This document shows, one piece after another, positions 53,710 through 64,000 of a DNA stretch of 64,000 bases (positions are counted from its first letter, which is position 1; every line of letters begins with the position of its first letter). The notes below the pieces were generated by a model. The model did not search any database, was not told the origin of the DNA, and saw only the letters and a program-made list of their open reading frames with translations. The DNA lies in NCBI RefSeq assembly GCF_009914755.1, contig NC_060933.1; one strand, 5' to 3'. Source of the stretch: the human T2T-CHM13v2.0 reference genome, Homo sapiens. The position numbers and the translations under genes are program-made.

Positions 53710-54098
53710 TGATAGTTCAAGAGTACTGCCATCTTAAGGAGATTCCACCATCTTAAAGTATCAAGCTTTTATTTCTCAGAACTGTCTGTTGCTACCTGAC
53801 TAAACTGCAAATGTCAGCCCCACCCACATCTTCAACAGAACATAATGACTCTAATCGCAACACAGCTAACATAGCTTATCCAAGTCTAGCCAGCACTTTC
53901 CCAACCCCTCCCTGATAGGAACCCCTCTTAGAGCACACTTCCCCCACTGGGCCTTTTTAAAAAGCCTTATACTGTAAGAGAAGTTTGCTCCTGACCCTGA
54001 TGGCCAGAAGCCCTTCTCAGGTTTACTCTCAATAAACCTGTCTTAACTGTTGAACCCCCTACTCGTCTCTCCCTTCCTTTCATCACTCTACCCTAACA
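53710..54098 (+). mobile_element. Solo LTR, ERVL-type (LTR47-like), 389 bp
   Basis: TG...CA termini, perfect 5-bp TSD GTATG (53705-53709 / 54099-54103), and AATAAA near the 3' end. The family name is tentative. Confidence 0.78.
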
Positions 54099-54599
54099 GT
54101 ATGTAATAAAGAAATGTAGGGGAAAATAGAACAGGTGGCCATTGTTTCTAAAGCTAGAATACGTGTAGGCTGTAGATGGAGTTCAAGCAGAGGATGTCAC
54201 TTGGAATGTGAGCTACGATTTGGGGAAAACTACAGGGGTACCTATGCATATGGCAAGTAGTCAAGAGCATGTGTGGAAACACTACAGGGCATCCACAATT
54301 CCACTTTGTCAAGGTTTCATGGGTTCAGCTCTATAAAAATATAAGATGAGGAACAATGCTTTTTTTGTTTTTCTGAAAGACTCAAATTTGGCTGTTTTCA
54401 ATTATCTCTGTAGTCAAACAACAATTAATTATAAATTCATTCTGAATGTATTCCCATGTGAGCACATCCATCATTTAGAAACAGAAAGCTCCCTGACCAT
54501 GCACAAATATTTGGAGAAATGGAAGAATGCCTTAGATGTAAAGGGTACTTTATAGTTTTGGAAAGAGTTAAAAAATAAAAAAAAAATAGGAGTTTCATA

Positions 54600-54780
54600 T
54601 CCATCATCTTTGATCTTCACAACAGTCTTTTGTAAAACAGGAAAGTGGGATTGAGAATGATTCATTGGCTTTTTTCCAAGGTCATAAACTAAGAAGTTTT
54701 CAAGTCAGGGACTAGACCTTCAGGCTACTCTTTAGTTTAAAGGCCTTTCAACCTCAGGTTCAATGCACTTTCTATTTTAC
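54600..54780 (-). mobile_element. MIR fragment
   Basis: Contains TGATCTTCACAAC...ACAGGAAAGTGG...TCCAAGGTCATA...GGGACTAGACC. Confidence 0.55.
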
Positions 54781-57209
54781 ATAACTCTGTGAGGTTGATA
54801 TTTTAACATACGCATTTTGGAAAAGTGCACAGATTAAACATACAGATCTAGAAAAATGGCACCATGTGTTTTCTAAGTTGAATTGCCCAACTCCCAGGTA
54901 AGGGGGCCAAGTGGTCAAGAGCCCTTCTGTCTCTCTCTTTACCTCTCTGTAATTTAATCTCTTCTCTCCCTTTTTGCTGTTAATTTTTTAAACAAAAACA
55001 TTAACATTTAACTGAATTTCTGCATGTGCATATTAATATTCAGGAAGACAATGACCTCTGTTCACTTTAAAGTGGTGAGTGTTATCATTTGTTTTGTTTG
55101 GAATGTCCATACCTTACTTCATCTCATCAGAGTGAGACCCGGACTAAAGTCCTATATCTTTGGAGACTTTTGTATTTTAAAAAAATAAACAAAGAAAAGC
55201 TGTAATTAAAAGTTTATGTTTTCATTAAAGAAATACTCAAAGAAGTAAACATTCAAAACTCCAAAAGAGGTAACAATCAGGAATTCTTAAATGATGTTGA
55301 TGTTAACACTCTATTTTAGGCATAAACTGGTTGCTAAATGGTAAAACATTTAGAAAAGTTACAATCCCACTTTGGTCTTCTTATTTCACTTTTTTTTCAA
55401 GGATTAGGTTCATTAAGTGTTTCATAAACTGTTACAGATTTTGTGCTCAAACAAAAGAGAGTTTCAATGAAAAATGCTTTAAAATCATGCAAATTTCCTT
55501 CATTTCATATTTATAAACCTTACACCTAACAGAGCCTATTTCACAGTGTCAGGGACACATCCCAAGTGTGTCTAGTAAAAAAAAAGGAAATGACAGATTT
55601 GCCAAGCCTTCAAATGGAAATTTTAACATAAAATAAAGACACATCTTGAAATTATTTAGGAAGGCAAATTAGTCCTTCAAAAGGCACAAGCAAATATTGG
55701 GGTATCTTCTCCGTGAGTAGAGAGCACACCTTATCTTGGTAAAGAGAATGATGTACCCTGACCTCAGGACCCAAAAACAAATTGTTAAAAGGTGAACCTA
55801 GTCTCTTCTTGAAAGTTTCCTTTACCTTTTATAAGGAGACAACGTAATCCATCAGTGCAGAGAACAGCAGGGTAACTACATGCTCCTTGATGTGCAACTG
55901 GACAGGTACCTGTGCTTTGTTAAGGATGCTGAAATCTCAGGAAATCTGGAGGATTGAGGACCAGTTTCAGGGATGCCAAGAAGCAGAGGTGGTTAATTGT
56001 GGATTAGGGCACAACAGACTGTGTTGAGGACTGTTGTGAGCTATGCCACAAGTCATTGATAACTAGACAAAAATCATTTACCTGCTTACAATAAATTACA
56101 GGTATTCAAGGTTATGCCTATAAAAAGAGTTATCTCACTCTTGTGCATTCAGTTTGCTTTCTAAACAGGCACGGAAATGGGTGGAACAGCAGCTAGCTCC
56201 CTGGATGTTTCTGTATTTGGGAAACAACTATCCCTGCTGCTGGAAGTACGCGCATGCCCACAACTGCACACACAGGCAAGCACGCACAGAACATTCCACA
56301 GCCCAGGCCAAGCTCCTTTGAGACAATGAAGTCCAAGGTAGCCACCTGAAGAGAATAAAGCCTTAATTAAAGGAGGAGGAAGAGAAAGAAGAGAAAAGGT
56401 CTCAATGGTGTGATTTAATAAAGGCCAAGGGACCCACTGCCTTCACTGCACTATCAGGTGGAAGTACACAGCCTCATTTCTAAAATTCTAATAAGCAATA
56501 AGCAGTCTTAGCAAACCCTAGTACTTGAAGATGGATGGGAAGAGAGTAAAGGTAAAACATTCCAAAGACATCACGGGGCTGAGGGAAGAGAGGAGAGAAG
56601 TAAAGGCTTTTCATAGGCCCGACTCTATAGGAGGAAGAGGCTGGAGGAGCAAGGTATTAGAGCACGGTGCTAGAGAAAGAGTGTGACCTAGAGAATAATG
56701 GGTATATTGTGCAGAACTTATAGTAGAATCTTCCACACCCTATTAAGAGAGCAGGGAGAGGCGTGGTAATCATTATTGAAATAAAAATATACAGACAACA
56801 GGCCCTCCAAATTAAAAAAAAAATTGGACAAACAGAATCTTGAAGAGGCCAATAATTGAGAAAAAGGAAAAGGAAATGAGCAATCTAAAACATCAAAAAT
56901 GTAGGAAAAGATGAAACAAAAACACTAAGAAACTAGATCCATGCATGCATTTTTAGCTGAAATACAGATAGGATAAAAGGCACGAACCAGATGCATGCCA
57001 CTTACTAAGAAACACTTAAAATAACATGAAAAAAGCAATGAGCAAAGAGATAGTAGACAAATGTAAGCCAAAAGGATGTATTCTGTTTAGGATTTTTTAA
57101 ATGAGTTTCTCATTCTTTTGTATAATACAACGTTTGTTTTTGTTGTATTTTGTTATAAATATAATTGTTTAAAACGAGGACTCTGGGATAGTGACACAAA
57201 GATATGACA

Positions 57210-57352
57210 AAGCGTGATTCTCAGATCTGGGAACTTGTGAAAAATGGAATTTCTGGGACCCCACTCCAAACCTTACAGTCATAGCCTTCAACATGAGGCC
57301 AGTAACCTGTTTTTAATAAGCCCTCCTGGCAATTCTGTTCATTTTAGGGTTT
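57210..57352. mobile_element. MER5A-like hAT MITE
   Basis: Contains CTGGGAACTTGTGAAAAATG...CTGGGACCCCACTCC...TTTTTAATAAGCCCTCC. Confidence 0.6.
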
Positions 57353-57604
57353 ACATGAGCCTATAGATGTACTAGTGGCTTTGGTAGCCTAAGGGCAGCC
57401 CTCTGCCAAAGCAGGACGCTCCAGTGAGGGAAAACATAGTAGGGTCTGATGGGCAGGAAGAAAATGGTAAAGAAACGTGACGGGATGTGGATAAGCCACA
57501 TTTGCGATAGCTCCAGAACAAACTTTAAGAGCTTTAGCAAGAGAGAGGGAAAAACAGAAGAATACACAAGTCTCACACACACACACACTGAAATTTCACC
57601 AGCT

Positions 57605-57850
57605 CAAGAAAGTTGCCTAACACGTTGGGTTCAAACAGTGTTGGATTTGAATCCAAGCTCTGTCATTTATAAGTTGGAATGGCATAAAGTGAGTGATTTA
57701 ATTTCTTTAAGCTTCAGTTCCTTCATCTGTAAAATGGAGAAAATAGTCTTATCTCAGGAATTTTTCGTGAGAATTAGATGAACTAAAGTAATAAAGTCTT
57801 TAGCATATCATTAGTACTTACAGCCTCAACAAGTGGTAGCTGTTATTTTA
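57605..57850 (+). mobile_element. MIR
   Basis: MIR core TTTGAATCCAAGCTCTG...CTTCAGTTCCTTCATCTGTAAAATGG. Confidence 0.75.
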
Positions 57851-57879
57851 ATAATAAACCTGATGGCAGCTACTCTAAA

Positions 57880-58072
57880 CTTAGCTTCTGTAAGTGCTTT
57901 ATAGGTTTTGATTTTATAATCCTCAAAACAATCTTATGAGGCATATACCATTATCATACCCTTTTTACAGGTGAAAGAACTGAGGCATAGAAACACTAAC
58001 TGAAAGTTAACAGCTGGTAAGTAGCAGAGCCTAGATCTAACTCAAGCAGGCTGGCCCTGAAGCCTGTGCTGT
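57880..58072 (-). mobile_element. MIR (opposite orientation, tail-to-tail with the previous MIR)
   Basis: Contains TAATCCTCAAAACAATCTTATGAGG...TTTTACAGGTGAAAGAACTGAGGC. Confidence 0.75.
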
Positions 58073-58639
58073 ATGCCTCTCCAGGATGATGTTAATGACA
58101 ATACATGACTCCTCTTATTATTAGGACCACTCAAGATGTTTAAACTCTATTTTTCCACTGTGCTTTCTACCTGTATGTCATTGGCGCTCTGTGCAGAAAT
58201 AGAGGACATGCCCAGCTAGTGGGGAAATAAGCCAGTAATATCAGAGTCAGATTTCTTCCAGTAATACAAAAGATTTGGCCCCCCGAATTGTCCTTTTATT
58301 TATGGTTTATTCAGCCAATGCAGTGGCACACATTTGTCCTTATTTCTGCATAAAATATTCAACAGTGCATGCTCTTCTATACCCTCTACCATCTACATGA
58401 GAAGGATGATCCCACCCATCTCTCATGCCAAGATTCTTAATTGCCTTTTAGCATTGCTCTTCCATGGCACTAACCTCGCAAAAACTCATACTTGAGTAAA
58501 TTCTTCACCCTGCCTATCCTAGTGCCATTAAGAATTGGTGGAAAATGACACAACTATTATGGGACAATTCATAAAAAGCACTCAGCACACTTGCAATCAC
58601 ATGGAGTACACAAGAGAAATTTCAAGCTATTATTATCAT

Positions 58640-59070
58640 TAGTCCATTTTCTTTCACTCTTAATAATGACCATTGTAGATATTCTCTGTTCTCCTCCAGG
58701 CAAATGACCCCTGCAACTCCTTCAACTTCTTGTCACTAAACCAACAGGCTAACTTGCATCCATATCTACAATTGTGATTTCCCTCACTTAAAGGGGGAGA
58801 TGTTCCTTTTCCTACTGTTAACTTTCCATGGGCATTCAACAATTCTGGACCCCTCCTGCCTTTTCAGGACCTCCTTCATTTAATCATTCTTTCCTGTTCC
58901 TATAGCTTCAATTATTTTGTTGAAAATATTTTCTACAGTCAGGAGAAAAATGTTCTAGGACTTCACCCCCACTCACCCTTCAACCCATTGAAAACTGGCT
59001 TTTAGTCTCTAACACCCCCTTGTAATTGGTCTTACCAAAGCCACCAAATTTTAGACAATGTCATTATGTA
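58640..59070 (+). mobile_element. Probable L2 fragments
   Basis: Contains CTTCAACCCATTGAAAACTGGCTTT...TCTTACCAAAGCCACCAA, L2-like. Confidence 0.45.
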
Positions 59071-60584
59071 ATCCAGGAATTATCTTAAAGAAATTCCCCC
59101 CAAAATGGAAAACGCGATGATCATAAGACATTCATTGGAAACTCTTTTATGCAAAAAATTAAAAGTAAATGAGATGTCCACAGTTAAGAGAATGTTAAAT
59201 TACAGTGCATCTACCTGATTGAAAACTATGCAATTTTTAAAATGGATAATTGTAAGTCCATATCGCAACACATAAAAATCCTTCTTCAGCTAACTTTAGT
59301 AAGAAGGAACAAAGTTTTTATGAGTACATTGTGATTGCAATAATGGAAGATCGTTTGGATGAAAAACAAAAGGAAGAGAGCCCACGAATATCAAAAATAT
59401 TGCATTTTAATGTTTGAGTGTTGAAATTATGATTGATATCTTCCCTTGTATTTGCCCAATTTTTTGTAATGTTGTGACATTGTTTTCACAATTTAAAAAA
59501 ACACCTTTTCATAGACCAGACAATTCCTACATAAGTTATGCCATATCAGTAAACCTGCTAAGTTTTTGCAGCTTTTCTCACATTTAAGGAATATATCGAG
59601 GGACTGTTTATCTTTAGCCTTAAGATGGCTGAGGGATAAATAATTTTTTCATTTTCAGCTGATCTCTTAAGCTGCTTCTGTTTGCAGAACACTCTGTTAA
59701 GCTTGGAACTCGTCAAAAAGTGAATTGAAGTTGACTTTGATTGGCATAAATACCATATTTATCTTCTCAGATACGTAATCAGGAGACAGCTATCTGGCCA
59801 CACTTGATTACTAACATATCTAAAGCTAATGTAATATCTAAGTTTATCATCTTGAGTATTAGAGATAAAATCTGAAGCCCTCAGAGACAGCATGCCTTGT
59901 TTACCTTGCCCTCATCTTTTACAAAGAGGCTGTAATGCATTTTTTCATTAATTAATATCAGAGCAAATTTAAAGACAAATAAATTACATTCATCACTGTA
60001 ATTGAATAAGTCTTTTTTAAAAAGTATATGCACCATGCGGAATTAGCAATATTCTGATCAATAAGTAGTTAAGAGGGGTCAAAATGATTGACTACTCTAA
60101 ATATCACACCAATTAAAAATAAATATACACAAATAAATAAAGTGCTCCTCTGTAACTCGTAGCATTGCCTCCCAGAACATAACTTTTATACCGGCTTACT
60201 GTTGCATTCAGCCTTTATCTCCAAGTCTTATTTCATGTATTTTCCAGGGATGGATGGATTATAGGACAAAGTCCCTCTCAGGAGCTCACCTTCCTGAGAT
60301 ATTGTCCTTCCTTTTCTACATACACCTATAAAAAGGAGAATACAAATATTATTTACTACTATTTAAGACCTGTCATTATGATCTGATTTTATAAAACAAA
60401 TATCAAGTCTAGATTAGTACTGTTTGGGTGTGGTAGACAGTGTTAGGGGTAAACATTGGTAAATCAGCTTTTGCTCTGCAATTTTTCAAATTACATTCAC
60501 CCAATAAATGTTCTTCCTTATTCCAGCTTCTCCAGTTTGTAGTGTCTCCAGTTCACCCCTACTCCCACAGCACCCCACTGCTAT

Positions 60585-61998
60585 TATGTCTGGAATTGGT
60601 GGGTTCTTGGTCTCACCGACTTCAAGAAAGCAGCTGCAGACCCTCGCGGTGAGTGTTACAATTCTTAAGGCGGTGCAGCTGGAGTTGTTCGTTCCTCCCT
60701 TGCAGAGTTGTTTATTCCTCCCTGTGGGTTCATGGTCTTGCTGGCCTCAGGAGTGAAGCTGCAGACCTTTGCAGGGAGTGTTACAGCTTATAACGGTAGT
60801 GCAGCCCCAAAGAGTGAGCAGCAGCAAGATTTATTGCAAAGACCTAAAGAACAAAGTTTCCACAATGTGGAAAGGAACCGGAACAGGTTTCCCCTTCTGG
60901 CTTGGGCAGCCTTTTATTCCCTTATCTGGCCCCACCCACATCCTGCTGATTGGTCCATTTTACAGAGACCTGGTTGGTCCATTTTACAGAGAGCTGATTG
61001 GTCTGTTTTGACAGGGTGCTGATTGGTGTGTTTACAATCCCTGAGCTAGACACAAAAGTTCTCCAAGTCCCCACTAGATTAGCTAGATACAGAGTACTGA
61101 TTGGTGTATTTACAAACCCTGAGCTAGACACAGAGTGCTGATTGGTGCATATATAAACCTGGAGTTAGACACAGAGTGCCAATTGGTGTATTCACAATCC
61201 CTTAGCTAGACACAAAGATTCCCCAAGCCCCCACCAGGTCAGCTAGACACAGAGCGCTGATTGGTGCATTTACAAACCTTGAGCTAGACACAGAGTTCTG
61301 ACTGCTGTATTTACAATCCCTTAGCTAGACATAAAGGTTCTCCAAGTCCCCCCCTACACTGAGGAGCCCAGCTGGCTTCACCCAGTGGATCCCGCACGGG
61401 GGCCCATGCGGAGCTGCCTGCCAGTCCCATGCCCTGCGCCCAGGGCACTCCTCTGCCCCCAGGGCGGTCGATAGGACCGGGTGCTGTGGAGCAGGGAGCT
61501 GCACTCGTGGGGGAGGTTCGTGTGGTGCAGGAGCCCATGGCTGGCCGGGGAGGCTCAGGCATGGCGGGCCCCAGGCCCTGAGCCCTGCCCCGTCGGGAGG
61601 CAGCTAAGGCCCAGCGCATCACAAGTGGGCCCGCACTGCTGGGGGATTCGGGGCACCCTCTGCAGCCGCCAGCCCGGGTGCCAAGCCCCTCACTGCCTGG
61701 GCCGGCAGGGCCAGCCGGCCCCTCCGAGTGCAGGGCCCGCCGAGCCCTAGCCCACCCGGAACTCGCGCTGGCCTGCAAGCACTTCGCGCAGCCCCGGTTC
61801 CTGCCCGTGCCTCTCCCTCCACACCTCCCCTCAAGCTGAGGGAGCCGGCTCCGCCCTCGGCCAGCCCAGAAAGAGGCTCCCACAGTGCAGCAGCCGGCCG
61901 AAGGGCTCCTCAAGTGTGGCCAGAGTGGGCGCCAAGGCCGAGGAGGCGCCGAGAGCGAGCAAGGGCTGCCAGGGCTGCCAGCATGCTGTCACCTCTCA
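60585..61998 (-). mobile_element. LTR12C (ERV9) solo LTR
   Basis: The reverse complement starts TGAGAGGTGACAGCATGCTGGCAG and ends CCAATTCCAGACATA. It has a CpG-rich U3, tandem CCAAT repeats, and TSD ctat/ctgt (60581-60584 / 61999-62002). Confidence 0.95.
60905..61330 (-). promoter_or_regulatory. LTR12 NF-Y (CCAAT) tandem array and downstream TATA-like AATAAAA, firing toward lower coordinates
   Basis: Seven intact ATTGG on the plus strand (about 60949, 60997, 61022, 61100, 61141, 61182, 61260), most within AGCTAGACACAGAGTGCTGATTGG-type units. TTTTATT lies at ~60912. Confidence 0.8.
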
Positions 61999-62289
61999 CT
62001 GTGACAGGTATGATTTCATATTCGTCCACTGTGTTGACAACAGATAAAAGTTTGAGAACTTCCAAATTAAAAGACCAGAAGAATATAGTTGCTTGTACAG
62101 CACAAAGCCTGGAGGTTTGCAGGCACCAATGAGATAGCACTATCTGTGTAAGGTGTGGTATCATACAAGGAGAGTCCAAAATAGTCTGAGGATGATCGAG
62201 ATTAGATTAGGCTGTGCCTAATATTAGACCATAGGTACTTGTTTCTTTCAAAACCTGCACTGTTAAAATCACCTATTGTATATTTGTTT

Positions 62290-62765
62290 CATTCCAGGAA
62301 GTAGTAGACTGGTGAAGCCGAAAAAGAAGTTTGTTGAAAAGATATTAGAGGCTCACAGAAGATCTGAGAAGGCTGAGATTCCAAATCAGGTGCCATGCTT
62401 TCTGGAAAGATATATAAATTGTCCAAAAGTAGTTTTATGGGTCATCTGCTACTTCTGCCACCATGAGCTAGGTGCTACAGTTGGCAAAGCCACCAGGAAC
62501 ATGACTCTCCTCCCATCACCATGGTCACCAGCACCAGGACCTCTTCTGTACCACAGACTTGAAACTGTCCAAGAACACTTTATGGCTCTACTGAACCCTC
62601 ACCTGGAGAATAGATTGACATTCCTCACCTCCTAACCCAAGTCCTGGGTAAATGCATCTGATTTATAGAACCACAGTGTGTCCTACCAGCACACGCTACC
62701 TTAGGGCACACAAATAGAGCAATACTCCAGTGATAGAAAAGATGTTTAAAGGCTGCTGGAAAGCA
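62290..62765 (-). mobile_element. Old MLT1 (K/L-like) LTR
   Basis: TTTGTTGAAAAGATATTAGAGGCTCACAGAA and AAGTCCTGGGTAAATGCATCTGATT resemble recalled MLT1K/L sequence. Confidence 0.5.
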
Positions 62766-63044
62766 GAGTGCATAACACATACAATTTCAACATTTTACTG
62801 TCATTTACCTGTGTTAGTTATTTCCTTAATGAAAGACTCGTTTTGCTTAAAAGAGAAAAGATAAACAGAAAAGTGATAAAGCTCTTTAAATTCACCTGCT
62901 TGGGAAGGTGCCAGTTGCCCTGAGAACAACTACTATTTGTTCTGTAGTATATGTAAAGACTATACACAACTCTTAATAGTTAAAAAGAACTATACAGAGT
63001 TGTTATCTTATGCTAAATGGTGCAAAGTAATGTGTAAACATGAT

Positions 63045-63195
63045 TTTACTTAACCTTTCCATAACCACATTAGTTGTTTACAGATAGGACTCAGAGAAGT
63101 TGGGTGACTTGCCCAAGGTCACACACCAAGGACGAAACAGAGCCAGGATTTCCACCCAGCATGAGGCCTGGCAGATGTTCAGTATTTCACCCAAA
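63045..63195 (-). mobile_element. MIR fragment
   Basis: Contains TTTACAGATAGGACTCAGAGAAGTTGGGTGACTTGCCCAAGGTCACAC...AGAGCCAGGATTT. Confidence 0.8.
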
Positions 63196-64000
63196 CCACC
63201 ACCCCCATCTAGGGACTTTTTGGGGGTTAGCAATACTGCATCAAGGGAAACCACCAGCCACAAGCTCCGTGCTGCTGCCTCACTAAGTTGTCCAAGCAAA
63301 GTGAAGAGGAACAGGAAGAAACACAAATTCAGAAGAGCAGCATACAAAGAGGTGATTCAAGGCTAGTTGCAAGATGAACCTCCCAATTTCCAAATTACGT
63401 ATGTTGGAGCAGTGCTCTTCAAATTATGTTTTGCTCAAGTCTCCTAAAATAATTTGAATAACAATATATCCCCTCCAACATTTCCTAAATTGATATTTAA
63501 AATTTTTTCATTGTAAGTTTAAATAGCTTAAAAGCATGCAATTTCTAGTACATCATAAATATATTTCAAAATAGAAATCCCATCAATTTTAAATGTACCC
63601 AATGGAAACCACATACATACAATGTGATAATATCCCATCATCTCTTTTAAAAGGACATTAAGAAGCTACTCTTTCCCATTTTACCTTTTCCTTTTCTCCT
63701 TGAATTTGTATTTTACTTCCCTCATACAATTTAATTCTAATAAAATATATTTAATTCTTCAAAGTCTTTTATTAATCTCTTACCATGCTTCTCTATACTG
63801 AAAAGGTGTTGTGTTTATTAATTGAAACAAGTTTATTTTATTCCCTAAGTCTCTAATACTTAACAAAAAAATCTGGATTAAGTTATCATTTTAGTAGTAA
63901 CAAGCGATTAAAACTATACAAATACACAAATAGATTTAAAATATGGATACATCATTACTAAGCACGTCTAAGATTTTTTGGAAGTCCAGGCATCCTTAAT

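Noticed and set aside
57605-58072. Inverted MIR pair as a hairpin or miRNA precursor
   Set aside because: The copies are too diverged for a convincing stem by eye, and such pairs are common.
60940-61330. Regularly spaced repeats superficially like a CRISPR array
   Set aside because: These are the known LTR12 CCAAT tandem repeats. There are no unique spacers or cas genes, and the context is primate.
61311-62179. Long overlapping ORFs (200 aa, 134 aa and others)
   Set aside because: They lie in the GC-rich U3 of LTR12C, where stop codons are rare. No protein motifs are present.
62276-62635. Exon-like segment 62298-62389 (GSSRLVKPKKKFVEKILEAHRRSEKAEIPNQ), in phase with the LTR12C-disrupted exon
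   Set aside because: The sequence looks like an old MLT1K/L LTR and the donor (GTGCCA) is weak. It is not counted as evidence for a gene, though exonisation is not excluded.

Overview
This is AT-rich primate (human-like) genomic DNA, and most of the window is transposable-element sequence. Positions 1-20.6 kb are a deep nest. An MLT1 LTR is interrupted by a MER65-type ERV1 provirus (tRNA-Leu PBS), which hosts a nearly full-length L1PB. That L1PB in turn hosts a 5'-inverted L1PA6-like element and two Alus. A minus-strand L1M/L1MA 5' half carries an LTR1 solo LTR, which itself carries an Alu. The rest holds older L1MA/MB/MC/ME, L2, MIR, MLT1, MER2, Tigger3, MER1B, a MER31/67-like LTR, an ERVL-like LTR, a young twin-primed L1PA2/3 with both ORF2 arms still open, and an LTR12C solo LTR. 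I recognise no host protein-coding gene or RNA gene. Every long ORF I could identify is L1- or LTR-derived, and there is no CRISPR or prokaryotic system. I found no new biological system that I can support. The best leads are: (1) a 167-bp self-templated inverted duplication inside an L1 that copies that copy's private mutations, including a stop codon; (2) an LTR12C that appears to have landed inside a 63-nt frame-preserving exon, with a speculative chain of plus-strand micro-exons that could be an unrecognised gene or pseudogene; (3) repair scars and a tiny retrocopy. Repeat subfamily names are from recalled consensus sequences and need RepeatMasker/Dfam confirmation.
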